NCBI RefSeq assembly: GCF_006345805.1
Contig: NC_043002.1
Coordinates: 67,084,001-67,148,000, forward strand
Origin: Octopus sinensis
Taxonomy: Eukaryota
Direction of reading: 5' to 3'
DNA length: 64,000 bases
The position numbers and the translations under genes are program-made. Positions within the stretch are counted from its first letter, which is position 1. Every line of letters begins with the position of its first letter. Under the pieces are notes generated by a model, which saw nothing but the letters and a program-made list of their open reading frames with translations, had not been told where the DNA came from and ran no database searches. This document shows, one piece after another, positions 27,308 through 40,409 of this stretch.

Positions 27308-27700
27308 GGTCAGGAATGGCTGTGTGGTAAGTAGCTTGCTTACCAGCCACATGGTTCCGGGTTCAGTCCACTGCGTGGCACCTTGGGCAAATGTTTTCTA
27401 CTATAGCCTCGGGCTGACCAAAGCCTTGTGAGTGGATTTGGTAAACGGAAACTGAAAGAAGCCCTTCGTATATATGTGTATATGTTTGTGTATCTGTGTT
27501 TGTCCCCCCAACATCACTTGACGACCGATGCTGGTGTGTTTACGTCCCAGTAACTTAGCGGTTCGGCAAAAGACACCGATAGAAAAAGTAGTAGGCTTAC
27601 TTACAAAGAATAAGTCCTGGAGTCGATTTGCCAGACTAAAGGCGGTGCTCCAGCATGGCCGCAGTCAAATGACTGAAACAAGTAATAGAGAGTAAAGAGA
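27308..27700 (+). mobile_element. SINE family B, full length
   Basis: Head to tail match. Confidence 0.9.
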
Positions 27701-27877
27701 TCATCAGTAAATACTGTATTTGATGGCGTGCTCCACCACCAATTCCAATGACGCATATTCAGGGAAAGTGAGCGTCAGGGACAAAATCCGTTGATGGGAG
27801 GACGAGCTTTGTATTTACGACATGGGGAGATTTTTCGAGACATGTTTTTGGAAAAGGAGATCGCGCTATTATAAAAA

Positions 27878-28391
27878 TCTATATATATAAAACTGTAGTT
27901 GTGTGAGTGTCTGTCCCCTTCGATTTAGATTCCTAACTACTCCCACATTTTGCGGTGCAGTTTAACCAAATTCGGGTATCTTATAGTCGTGATTCATATC
28001 GAGCCCGTCTGAGTATTAGCGCGCGTCTACGATGAGTCTACGATTTAAAAAATAATTTAGCATAATTTTTTATTCCATTTTAATGCATAATTTTTCGTGT
28101 GTCGATGGCGGCGGAGTTGGCGTCCATGGTCATACCTGCACCTGTGTTGCTTCTCCCCCTTCTTCCCTCCCTCGTGAAGTTGTGGGGAAGGGAGTGTAAG
28201 GAAATCAACGTCGTAAAGCGTTGTCAAGGAGACCAGCGTTGTTTTAGAAGAACGACTTCATGGCTTGAAGACACCAAAATAGAAATGGCTGAGAAAGCCC
28301 GAATTGGCATCTATAAGGGAAGTAACTCTCTAAAAATGCTTATATAGTTATTTCCCTTACAAACCCGAGCAACGCCGGGCGATACTGTTAG
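27878..28391 (+). mobile_element. Non-autonomous Helitron
   Basis: A|TCTATATATA 5' end; 3' hairpin CCCGAGCAACGCCGGG followed by TTAG|T (CTAG-like); sits between A and T. Confidence 0.75.
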
Positions 28392-28559
28392 TAATAAATA
28401 AATCAATGAATATATGAATAAAGTACCGGTTTGGCGGTTAAGTAGTGTGTCTGATACCTATATGATTATTTCTGTTGCAGTCAGACAGTGAAATTTCATT
28501 ATTGTTATTTAAAGAACAATTAAAAATCAAATAAAATCAGGAGCAATTCAGTGCATAAA

Positions 28560-28832
28560 CTTCCACACCAATCCATATACGCTGACACACATAAACGCAC
28601 GCGCACACATACACTCGAACGCATGCATGCGAGCTCGCATACACACACAAACACACATATATGTATGTAAAACCTGTGGATAGCTGTGCATATACATATG
28701 TAACCGTTTATATGGATGCGTGTATACATATATATACATACATATATATACATATGGATATATATATGTATACGTATACACATACACACACATATATATA
28801 TATATATATAATATATATATACGTATACACAT

Positions 28833-28875
<43 letters not shown>

Positions 28876-28971
28876 CATTTGTAAATACATACGTTTGTGT
28901 ACATACATCCACAAATACACTACATACATATATGAATATAGACCAAGATGTAGACAACTGTATGTAAATAG

Positions 28972-29009
<38 letters not shown>

Positions 29010-29290
29010 TTGTATATATACATACGTATGTATGTATAAACGTGTACGTATGTAAATATGTACGTATAAACGTGTACGTATGTACATATGTACGTATATA
29101 TGTACATATATACATACGTATGTATATATGTACATATACGTATGTATATATGTACATATACGTATGTATATATGTACATATACGTATGTACATATGTATA
29201 TATATATATATGAATGTAAAGATGCATATACATAAATACGCATGTATATACGGAAATACATACATTTGTACACATATTTGTGTCTGTGTT
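28560..29290. repeat. Compound TA/CA/TATG microsatellite with a 22-bp higher-order repeat
   Basis: TATACGTATGTATATATGTACA reiterated around 29110-29200. Confidence 0.9.
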
Positions 29291-29428
29291 TGGTGGCTGT
29301 GGGTGTATAAACATGAAAATAATACCAAATGCGAGATTGCAAACAACAACAGCAAAAAAAAATGAGAAATAAGATGCTCAAATTATTCTCCATGCAAAGA
29401 TCTTTACTTTCTCTCTCCCTTTTCGCAG

Positions 29429-29498
29429 ACAAAATGATTTCTGGTCAGTTCTGCGGTTGACGCCAAACCAACTCAAGAGATTCTTCCTCACACTTCAA
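29429..29498 (+). CDS. Candidate exon (QNDFWSVLRLTPNQLKRFFLTLQ)
   Basis: Very strong polypyrimidine acceptor ...CTCTCTCCCTTTTCGCAG; only one frame is open; donor CAA|GTAGCC is weak, and the frame could instead run on to a TAA near 29520. Confidence 0.3.
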
Positions 29499-29589
29499 GT
29501 AGCCGTGCTTTCTGACAGTTAATTATATCGATTTGCTCTTATTGATCTGCTTTGTTTAAACTCCAATCTCATTTTTCAGGTAGGTATAT

Positions 29590-29623
<34 letters not shown>

Positions 29624-29840
29624 ACACACACACACACACACATATACATGTCTACATGCATAATCACACACACACATATACATGTCTACATGCATAATCA
29701 CACACACATATATACTCATACAATCACACGCACACACAGTCACATATAGAAATATATATATATATATATATGTATAAATATACTTTGTAAATATATACCT
29801 ACATACGTATACATTCAAATAAATATATTCAAATATACTT

Positions 29841-29882
<42 letters not shown>

Positions 29883-29948
29883 TAGGTTTCGGCCAGTAAG
29901 GGCCCATATATATGCATCCATACATGCACTTACTTGCATATAGGCATA

Positions 29949-29986
<38 letters not shown>

Positions 29987-30380
29987 CATACACACACGTA
30001 TGCATACGCAATTTGTGTGTATTGTGTGCGCGCGTGCGTGTGTGCATATGTGTGTACCTTACTGTTGCTGGTGGTTTATTCTTTTAGCCTTAAGTGATCT
30101 TCAAAAGCTGATGCGATTCACTTCAGTATTGGGGTCTAGAATATATGTGATATGCCAGGTAGTGAATCTAATTGTTTTATATTTATTGTCTGTAATTCGG
30201 GAACAGAAATTACTGACAAGTCTTTGCTCAGTTGGAAAATAAAGGTTGGACGTGAATGATTGTACGTATATCTATTCCTATGTGTGCACGTATGCTTGTG
30301 TATATATGAAAGTAAGTATGTATGTATATACGTATGCATGATGTGTGTACATAAGAATGTATGTTTTTAAGTGTTTATAT

Positions 30381-30540
30381 ATCATCATCATCATCGTTTA
30401 ACGTCTGTCTTCCATGCATGCAAAGGTAGGATGGTTGATAGGAGCCGGCCAAGTAGAAAACTACCATAGGCTACCGTCTGTTTTGGCGGGGTTTTTGCAG
30501 CTGGATGCCCTTCCTAACACCAGCCACTCTGCAGTGCGGA
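30381..30540 (-). mobile_element. RTE-like LINE/SINE 3' tail with (GAT)n end
   Basis: CATCATCATCATCGTTTAACGTC...GCTGGATGCCCTTCCTAAC, a widespread invertebrate retroposon tail (recall). Confidence 0.6.
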
Positions 30541-30555
30541 CTATATATATTCATT

Positions 30556-30775
30556 GTTGTGTCTGGGGAGAGTAATTTTCTTTTTTATGCCTTATAATTT
30601 AACACACTCACCGGTAAAATTTCCACTTATTTCTTATTTTGAAAGTCAAAACTATTGAAAAGGTTGCAAAACGCAACGGAAATTTTAGGAAAATAAAAAT
30701 AAAAAGCGGAAATTATACCGGTGAGTCTTTTAAAGTATAAGGCACAAAAAGAAAATGACTATCCCCTGACACAAC
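30556..30775. mobile_element. Palindromic (fold-back) MITE-like element
   Basis: Arms of about 85 bp, GTTGTGTCTGGGGAGAGTAATTTTC...CTCACCGGTAAAATTTCC, and an imperfect reverse complement around a short spacer. Confidence 0.75.
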
Positions 30776-30789
30776 AGAATATGCTTCAA

Positions 30790-31215
30790 CACACGAACTC
30801 ATAAAGAATCTTGCAAACCAAAGGTTTATGTTCAAAGTGGATCCGTCATTCATGCGTACCATCTTTGCTACATTCACCCATCTTTTGTTAAATTTTTCTG
30901 TAGATAAAACTTCCCTCTCTACTCTCACCTTCCTTTTCAAGTAATACTTAAAAAAGTTGATGAGAGGTAAGCCAGAATGGAAAGTATTTTCTCTAAGCCT
31001 TTCAAACGAGTCCACCATACACATTCTTTCGCCATAGCTACCACTACGATCAAAACTGCCTTGCCTTCCCGGTTAAAGAAAGGTGATGGGGCAATATTTA
31101 CGATACACTCGGTTGACAACCAGACTCGTCCCACACGTGACAGCAGCTGTTCGACATAAGCCCACGGGTCTGAGATGGATAGATAATTCAAGGTATTTCA
31201 GCTATGGTTCTGTTA
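30790..31215 (-). mobile_element. L1/Tx1-clade LINE ORF2 C-terminal relic
   Basis: Two frames join as ISDPWAYVEQLLSRVGRV...AKECVWWTRLKGL / LINFFKYYLKRKVRVEREVLSTEKFNKRWVNVAKM, resembling Tx1-like ORF2 C-termini (recall). Confidence 0.55.
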
Positions 31216-31479
31216 TTTTTTGACATTCACCAAACTTCCATTATTAACAGTAGTATTGAAGTATGTATCATTTGCGTCACTAGACATATACAGAAGGGAA
31301 AAGCCAGCAGTCATCTGCGAATGAACATGTACCATGCTTTCGCTAATTGTTTTAGCTGCCAACACGTTCGTTACTCGTCGACCCTTTTGACATAGTGTCA
31401 CAGCTGGAGGGAGAGAGAGAGGGATGCTCCAGTAGAGAACTCATTTGCAGCTGAAAAGGTTGGAGCAACAAGCTTACTT

Positions 31480-31695
31480 ATTTTCTACTCAAGGTATAAG
31501 GCCCGAAATTATTTATGGTGGGGGGAGGGGGCAGTCCATTAGATAGACACAGTACGCAACTTAATTTATCGACCCCGAAAGGATGAAAGGCAAAGTCGAC
31601 CTCGGCGGAATTTGAACTCAGAATGTAAAGGCAGACGTAATAGCGCTAAGCATTTTCGCCCGGCGTGATAACGTTTCTACCAGCTCGCCGCCTTC
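31480..31695 (-). mobile_element. SINE family A
   Basis: Body and head match. Confidence 0.85.
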
Positions 31696-32069
31696 GAATA
31701 TAATATATTGATGTAAGCTAAGGTAATCTCAAGGTATGTTTCGGAAAAGATGAACGCAAGGAATTGAGCTGGTGTAGCCAGTTCTGATGAAAAAAAGAAA
31801 AAGAGGGGGAAAAATGTGAAAACAACCGGCGGGTTGATTGGAACCTCGATAACCAGTCATCCGATTCCATTGCATTCTATGCTTTCATCGCGATTTTTTT
31901 TCCGATTTCATTCGATTTTATTTATTGTGAATTTTTAATCTAGATTTAAATTGTAACAATCATCATATGTTGTGGTGTCCATGTTTGTCCCCCTCTATGT
32001 ACGTCTTTTATAGACAAATAAAGAAAATATAAGCTAAGGTAAACCTTTAAAAGCCGCATTAGATCTCGT

Positions 32070-32285
32070 TAGGCGGCGAGCTAGCAGAATCGTTAGCACG
32101 CCAAGCAAAATGCTTAGCGGCATTTCGTCCGTCTTTACCTTCTAAATTCAAATTCCACCGAGGTCGATTTTTGCATTTTATCCTTTCTTGATAAAATAAG
32201 TACCAGTTGAGTACTGGGGTCGATGTAATCCACTTATCCCCTCCCCTGAACTTGCTGGCTTTGTGCCAAAATATAAAACCAATAT
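32070..32285 (+). mobile_element. SINE family A
   Basis: AGGCGGCGAGCTAGCAGAATCGTTAGC head and body. Confidence 0.85.
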
Positions 32286-33009
32286 GTAATATTCCGTAAG
32301 AATGAACAGCAGTGGGACTCTAAAAACAACAGTACCAGGTTGCGTAAATCATTCTACGCTCGACGAATGAAGGCTGCTGCAGCATTATTTTTGATTCTTA
32401 CAATGGAACTTTTGCAGCGATTAATTGAATTACTGAAGATGAAATACAAATAATTAGTTTCTTTTTGTTTGTATGTTTTGTCTTTACTCTAACACGATAA
32501 CATGCCTTATCATTTCCAGTCATAATATATTCTCACAGAACTTAGAATTCTTTCTTCTAAACAAAACTTTTTATATTCTTTTAATCTTGCCGGCGTCTTT
32601 TAATTGTCGGATGGAAACATTTGCATTGATTTTTCATTATCCGGAATATTATTTCTATCTGGCGTTATTGTACACTAAAACTATAGTTAAAGCCTATCTC
32701 TAGTTACAGATGGTGAATTGTATAGAAGAGTTTTCATTGAAATTCAAACTGGTTAATTTCTGCAATGATGTAGCATGCTCGCGAGAAATAATCTCAATTG
32801 AAGAAGAAATTACCATTGCAAATGGGAAGAATTGTAATAAGGAAGCCTGAAATTAAAAAAAAAAACACTCCATACACAACTTGCATCAGGATATTTCAAC
32901 AGCAAAAATAATTAAGCTATGTAATAAGGAAGAATAGTTCGTGCGTTCAATACCAAGTTCAGGTACCTGTTGGAAAGATGTATATTATGTTTCTTTTTTT
33001 TTTCGTTAT

Positions 33010-33243
33010 GAACTAATAGGACAGGGTTTAAAATAAGTTTAATTATGAACAGTGAAGTGACGGCTATAATTCCCTTTTTATCACTTTATCTAAATGCAAA
33101 TAATCTGGCTGTTGCCTGACAAGCAAGAACTAATAGGACAGGGTTTAAAATAAGTTTAATTATGAACAGTGAAGTGACGGCTATAATTCCCTTTTTATCA
33201 CTTTATCTAAATGCAAATAATCTGGCTGTTGCCTGACAAGCAA
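33010..33243. repeat. Perfect 117-bp tandem duplication
   Basis: GAACTAATAGGACAGGG...GACAAGCAA at 33010 and 33127; no differences seen. Confidence 0.95.
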
Positions 33244-33835
33244 TGGCGACTTTTGGAATTATTGTACATTCTAAAGTTGAATATAAATATATTTAAGAAA
33301 AATAGGCTAGGGTTTCGAAGACAAAACAGTAAAATATACATATAATGATAGAATAGAATATATAGAACTTAATTATATAGATTTTTAATCTCCTATTACG
33401 CGTAATATATAAATATACGCAACACAAATATACAAGCAAATATACACAAACACATACATGAATATCATCACCGTGGCTTTCGATCATTGCTTTAATTTCC
33501 CAACATGACATGCAACAAGTGTATTAGTCCATTAATCATGTTCTTTAGCGATGTTTCAAGTCATTTCGGAATGTTGCTATTTACTGTCATTCAAGTTTAG
33601 AGTATTCTATTTTAGTTTCATATTCGCAATCAGCAAGGAATGGGAAATGAAAGTGGAGTAAGGGTAAGCTCTAAGAGTATCGGGTTCAGTTTGTCTTGCC
33701 ACAGCTCTGTTAAATATATATTTCAATCAATCATAATGCCACATATGTAAAGCGGCAGAAAGGAAATACATGATAAATCGTGAATAACTTAAGAGACATG
33801 AATTTATGCTTCACTATAGGTAAATTATATTTTAG

Positions 33836-33892
33836 ATCACGACAGATGCTGTTGGCAGATCTTTCCCAGACACACGTACGACAATACCGGAA
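33836..33892 (+). CDS. Candidate 57-nt symmetric exon (all three frames open; frame 0 ITTDAVGRSFPDTRTTIPE)
   Basis: TTTTAG acceptor with a poor pyrimidine tract; consensus donor GAA|GTAAGT. Confidence 0.25.
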
Positions 33893-36037
33893 GTAAGTTT
33901 TCTTAATCTAATCATCACGACTTGGAAATATAATAATACAAATCTATTTCTGCACAAGATCCCAATGCAAAGGAAATTCCAGTTCTCCAGCTTTCTTTCG
34001 TTTCTGTTTTACTCTTATTGTCAATCTTCACGATTATTATTATAGTAAATTCCCATCAGTCTCACTTGTTTGACATTGATATTTGTCGAAACCGAAAGTA
34101 CGAAAGCAATCCATAAAAACAAAACCAACCAACAGCACTCACTTGAAAGAAGTATCGAGAAGTGTTAAGCCCTCATCAATCAATTAAATCAGTCAATTTA
34201 CTTGGTTTATTTAAGACAATACATAATAGGACAATATTAGAGATGTATATCGATGAAAAAAAAAAAGGTGTATTAAAATTAAAAACAGAAAAAAGAAAAC
34301 GAAATTTACTCTGGAATGGCTTGTAAAGGCATCATATCGAAAGTGTCTCATATAAAATAAAAACGAACAGTGAATGTTATCGTAGGATTACATGATTCAC
34401 ATTCTCATCAGAATTCCGAGAAGAATCTTGCGTTTCAGCAAATGCTACTTATCTGCACAGTATTGTAGGTACTTATCTATATATTATTTCTATAAATCTA
34501 CTGGAAATCACTAAGTGTGTATGTAAACAGAAAGAAATGATGTCCGACCAATTCGACTTAGGCATCCCCAAATAAAATTATACGTGTACTCACACATATC
34601 CATCCACTCACAAACATATGTATGTATGTATGTATGCAGACACATACACACACGCGCACAAATAAACACATATGCGTAACTGTATGTGCAAATATATATG
34701 TCTGTAGGTGCCTGCAGCGTGTGTTGTATATGAGTATGTGCGCGCGTGGATGTGTGTATACATGAACCAGTATCCAGACAACACTTAATAGTTGTTCGCT
34801 CTGACCACAAGCGCTACAAAGACCAAGATGAAATAATCATTAAGAACACTTTAATTAGCCACTGTTTAAGTCTTTAAGAGTTATATTTAAAGACCTATCG
34901 GCTTTCGATCAGTAAAACCAGACAAGATAAACCAAAAAAGAATTTAAGATCGATAAGTGAACGGCATAAGTTTAAACGATGAATAATTCTTTCTAATTTT
35001 GGCACAAGGCCAGCAATTTTAAGGGGAAAAGAATTTCGATTACATTGATCCCAGCACTAAACTGGTACTTTATTTTAACGACACCGAAAACATAAAAGAC
35101 AAAGTCGACCTCGGCAGCACTTGAAATAAAAACGTAGATAGACAAATGAAAATAAAGTTATAGATACCTGATTTTCTTTTCTTATTCTTTCTCGGTATTC
35201 CGTTTAGAGTCACGACTTGATTAATTATTCCTTACATTTTGGTAATCCAGTGCAAAGTCACTTGATGCCATTCCCCCCATGCCCTGTTAATATGTTCACC
35301 GCAGGGTATTCTGTTTTTTTTTTCTTCTGTGAAATAAAACTATCACGTGACAATTACCATAGCCTCAACTCTATAACAACATAATTTCATTGTAGTGAAA
35401 CCCTGTTTTTCACCAGCATCGTACAAAACATATCTCGAGATGAATGACTCACAATTTTTTTTGTTTTTGTTATTAGCTTTATCTCGACTCCACTTTGTGC
35501 GCTCGTTTCTACGAAAGCCGGCTGCTGAATGTCGCACTTAAGTTATATATGTGTATATATAAATGCTGTGGAAACTACACTTCATATTGTAACAGTCCTG
35601 TTTGACCCGAAGCGCAATTAAAATTTACACTTCTTAGGTCAATAATTCACATCTATATTTATATATATATATATATTTCTACATATATATATAATGTGTG
35701 TGTTCATAAGCATTTCAGTTCAACTTGACATTTGACAACATCGCCCACTCACGTAGTGCTTCGGTAGAAAACATTTATAGCTCTACGTACCAACCAGCCA
35801 GTCCCGCCCATGAATTGTTTCAGACAGTTTGTAATTGCTTGTAGGTTCTTCACCTAATGAAAATTATAATGTTTTAACGGAATTTTCATCCAACAAAACC
35901 ACTTCTGTGACTCTAGTCAACGTCTCTGCACTTCAGTTGGTGTTTAGCCTCATTGTGACTGCTACTATTAAAATTAGTCAGTTTGGCAATATTGGAGGAT
36001 TTCTGCTCGTAAACTTCGTGTAAACTTGCATGCGCGC

Positions 36038-36074
<37 letters not shown>

Positions 36075-36774
36075 CATATTTATATATACACATATATCCC
36101 GAATTGTTAGGACGTGGGGCAAAATGCTTAGCAGCATTTTGTTTTCTGTTCTGAGTTCGAATTCTAGTGAAGGGTCGATGTAATCGACTTACCCCAACCT
36201 TCGATCTTACTGGCCTCGTGCCAAAATTTGAAACGAATACTCCTTCCGACAGTCAGCGCTAATGGTGCATATACACACACTCACGTATATATAGTAGTAC
36301 CTCACTTTACAAGACTTCAGTTTTACGAATTTTATGTTTTGAAGTAGAAGATCCAAATTTTCTACTACCATATCAAATGCTTCTGCATATTACCGAGAAA
36401 TTTATAGAGAGCGAAAAAAAAAAAAGCTTCTTCTAAAGCAAACAACTCTAGACTTGTGTTTTTAAAAAAAGAAATCTAGAAGTCCGTCTACGAGTGCTTG
36501 TGAATCGGCGATTGCATCTACAAGCAATGATGTGCGCAAGTCTAGTGTGAGTAAAAGTGATTCAGAAAATGATTATAATAAAAATATTTTTACTATAAAT
36601 ATTCTTTACATTCTACTGTTTTCTTGCCATTTATTATACGAGGTTTATAAATTTTATAGCTAAAATATTTTTCTGGAAACGAATTACGATTTATAACATT
36701 GCTACTATGGGAAATTATTGCTTTGCTTTACGAGCAGTATCCGGGAACAAGTTAACTCGTATATTGAGGCATTG

Positions 36775-36817
<43 letters not shown>

Positions 36818-37010
36818 GGAGTAAGCACATAGATGTGAAACAAGGTGGAAAAAAGAGTACTCAAATACCAGAGGTAGAGTAATATGCTTTATTTAAAAGC
36901 AGCAGAAATATAACAGAAATATAACATTTCGTTAAAACTGTCCGACGAACGGGAACGTGAAACTCTGAGTCACAGCTTTTGTCATATTTCTGCTGCTTTT
37001 AAATAAAGTA
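36818..37010. mobile_element. Penelope-type terminal fragments in inverted arrangement
   Basis: CTTTATTTAAAAGCAGCAGAAATAT (about 36886-36911) is inverted relative to ATATTTCTGCTGCTTTTAAATAAAG (about 36984-37008), with a hammerhead between them. Confidence 0.6.
36938..36975 (+). ncRNA. Minimal type-I hammerhead ribozyme, fully paired, CCGACGA core
   Basis: CTGT-CCGACGA-ACG-GGAA-CGT-GAA-ACTC-T-GAGT-C-ACAG: stem I CTGT/ACAG, stem II with GNRA loop, near-palindromic stem III, GUC site at 36971. Confidence 0.75.
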
Positions 37011-37341
37011 TATATATATATATACAGGGTGGCCCAAGATTATTCAAAGAAGAGTAGGTCAGACTGCAGAGAACGATGCAAACTCTGCACCAAGCATGCT
37101 GGAATTCGACCTGTTTGAACCTGACTTTTTGGTTTGTTGATACGTCTGTGGTGATAACCAGATAGGATTTTTATCTTAATAACTGTTTCGCAAGTGTAAT
37201 TTTGTAATTTCACCGATTTTTATCTGAGCAATAATGAATAATGCACGTATTGTGTTAGATATTTATATTAAACATACATACAAACACATATATATATGTG
37301 TGGGTGTGTATGTCTATTCATATATGTGCTTGTGTGTGTGT

Positions 37342-37388
<47 letters not shown>

Positions 37389-37398
37389 AGCATACATA

Positions 37399-37440
<42 letters not shown>

Positions 37441-37450
37441 AGCATACATA

Positions 37451-37512
<62 letters not shown>

Positions 37513-38030
37513 AGCATACATATGAATATATATATATATATATATAATCACATGCATACATATAGATGTGAAGAGGAAATGTAGGAAGGAAGATAACGAG
37601 ATAGAAGGGAAAGAAAGAGAGGAGTTAAAGAAACACTCATAAGTGGCAGATATAATGAGAATGGGTCAAGCAAAAAAACTAATGAAAGAGAAAGGGAGGA
37701 AAAGTAAGAGGGAGACGAATAAACACTACACTAGAGGCTGTTAAGAATGGTTTTCTTCTTACATCAATAACACAGATTCTACACACGCACGTACAACCAA
37801 GTATACATACGCACAGTAGTAATATCTGTCACACAACATAGCGGGAATTAACTGAGTTAAAATTGAATCAGCCTCTTCAATTTACTGACAACATAATCTT
37901 CATTAATATAGACTTATCCTAGGCTAAGTACAAATATCTTAAATTTTAAGAGGGAGTCAAAAGGGAATTTTGTTTTGACGTTCATTACTTTACTAAAGAT
38001 AATTGAAAATTCGCATAAATGGTGTGGTAT

Positions 38031-38262
38031 CGCCACGTGCTGGAATCGAAACCGAATTGGAGTATCTAAATTTGGGGAGTAGAGTGGAGGCTTATTTCTT
38101 ACTTTATAGCGCTCATATCTTACTAAGATACATTAAAAGTGCGAACAAGTGATCTGATGCCGCCACGTAGCGGAATCGAAATCGAATCGAAATATCTACA
38201 TTTTTGGAGCTTGCTTCTTATTTTACAGCGCTCATATCAGATTAAGACACATTAAAATGCCA
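38031..38262. repeat. Diverged 130-bp tandem repeat (about 2 units)
   Basis: CGCCACGT..GGAATCGAAA at 38031 and 38161; AGCGCTCATATC is also repeated. Confidence 0.75.
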
Positions 38263-39368
38263 AGTGTCACAGGACCCCTACGGGAAGCAATATGTCCGAC
38301 GTTTATTACTATTAAGAATATCATTAGATTGTTAAATAAAATGAGATGATAAGCACGATTAAATATTATTTATCTGAGACCAGTGCTGATGTTATTGCCA
38401 TTAAATGTCGCTGGGACTTATTTACTTTAGAGTAATGATAATTATAGAATAATCCCAAGAATTCAAGAAAATAGCGATGGTCTCCGGTGACATGAATCAA
38501 GTCAGCATAAAGCATATTAAGTGAAGTGTTTCGGTTGATGTAGGAGACGGGATAGTTGAGTGGATCAGATAATAAAACATGTAATTTGTCATGAGTTCGA
38601 ATTCTTAACATTTATTTCGTTTTGCTCTTCTGGGCCAGATCTTTCTCAGACACACGCACCATTAGACCGGAAATAAGCCTTCTTAATTCCACTATCATGA
38701 CTCGGAAATGTAATAATACGAATCTGCTCTTGGGTGGGCAGGATCAATTCACTTAGCTCTGTAATGACTTCAATGAGCCGATGTGTGGTTTCCATTTTTG
38801 CTTGAAATAGCAACAAACTCTATCTCGATTTCTTTATTACCCACAAGGGGCTATACAAAGAATGTTACATGGACAAACACAAAGACAAACTCGGAGAATT
38901 AAAAATATAAAAGAAGATGAAATAGAAAAAATTAAAACAAACAAATGATAATATCATGAGAAGCATATAAAATGAGGCACAATGCCCACCCGATCCCCGA
39001 AATCGAGTGGTTACATTTGGACAGTTTTTTCTCTTTTTTTTTTCTCATTCTTTTTCACAACACATTCTCGACCGTTTTTTCTCAACATATTCTCAAAAAA
39101 AATCACAATTTTCTTCTTAACAGAAATAGTTCACATTTTTTCCACCAAAATAATAGCAAGAAACTATCTCCTACTAATCACGTACTACTGCTTTTAGAAA
39201 GAAAATAGAAGGAAATAGAGAATCATGAAACCATGCACTACAGAAAATATGGCATGGCCAGTGATGGAACGCATTCGATCATAGGCCAATATTCGCATTC
39301 ATATTCTCATCAAAATATGAAATTTTGCGAATCACCAAGTGCTACACATTGTACAGTATTGTAGATAC

Positions 39369-39762
39369 TTGTGGCTGAGTGGTTAAGAAGCTCACTTTGG
39401 TACCACACGGTTTCTGGTTCAGTCCTACTGTGTAGCATCTTCTACTACAGTTCAAGACCCACCAGTGCCTTTTGAGTATATTTGGTAAACGAAAACTGTG
39501 TGGAAGCCTGTTGTATATAGGTGTGTGAGAGTGTGTGTGTGTGTCTGTGTTTATCACCACCCACCACCACTTGTCAATCGGTCGTGATATATTTACGTCC
39601 CGTACTTAGCGGTTCAGCAATAGAGATATGTGTATGCGTATCTGTTTGTCTCCCCGCTGCTTGAAAACTGGTGTCGGTTTGTTTATGCCTCCGTAACATA
39701 GCGGTTCGTCAACAGAAACGGACTTAATAAATGAATATTCGGGTCAATTTGTTCGACTAAAC
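39369..39762 (+). mobile_element. SINE family B, diverged, ending at a MITE insertion
   Basis: GTGGCTGAGTGGTTAAG head; duplicated body segment. Confidence 0.7.
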
Positions 39763-40181
39763 GGATCTTTTCGGTTTGAACGGCAGTTTTTTCTAGTGGT
39801 GTCATATGAAATTGTCACCCATAATTATGACCCTAGTATCGATCTATTGCATTTCAATCTGTTTTAGGGTTAGGGTTAGGGGTGGGGGAAGGGTATATTC
39901 TTTTTGCTTCACAAATGTAAATAAACTCAATCTGTTTCTTAAACGAGGGACATATTCATACGGCACAGAATGTTTTTTTACCTCAATAGACGTCAGTGAT
40001 TGGTTGAAATTGCAGAAATTGAAGAAAAAAAACAACAAATATCTTGCAAACTATAGAATTTTCTCAATAAAGCAAAGAGAAAAAGATGTTTTATAAACAC
40101 ATTCTACCAGTATACGAAGTTAAAAATTTTTTAGTTACCTAGAAATTATATTAAAAACTGCCGTTCAAACCGAAAAGATCC
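39763..40181. mobile_element. 419-bp MITE with 29-bp TIRs
   Basis: GGATCTTTTCGGTTTGAACGGCAGTTTTT / AAAAACTGCCGTTCAAACCGAAAAGATCC; imperfect 8-bp flank match GACTAAAC / GACTAACT; internal TTAGGGTTAGGGTTAGGG. Confidence 0.9.
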
Positions 40182-40409
40182 GACTAACTGTCCAATAGGA
40201 AGTCCCTGACTGAAACTAATAAAAGGATAACTAAATCATGGACTAACACTGAACTATTTCTTGAATTCCTAGTGAGAAATTGATGGAAGGAGGGGAGGGA
40301 GATTGTGTGCCATGGATGCCTTTCCTCCAAAACACATTAGAGGCTGAGACGAAGTGAAATGATACCACCCAGGAATCGAAACTGCGTCGCGGATTCGGTT
40401 TGGCAGGAA

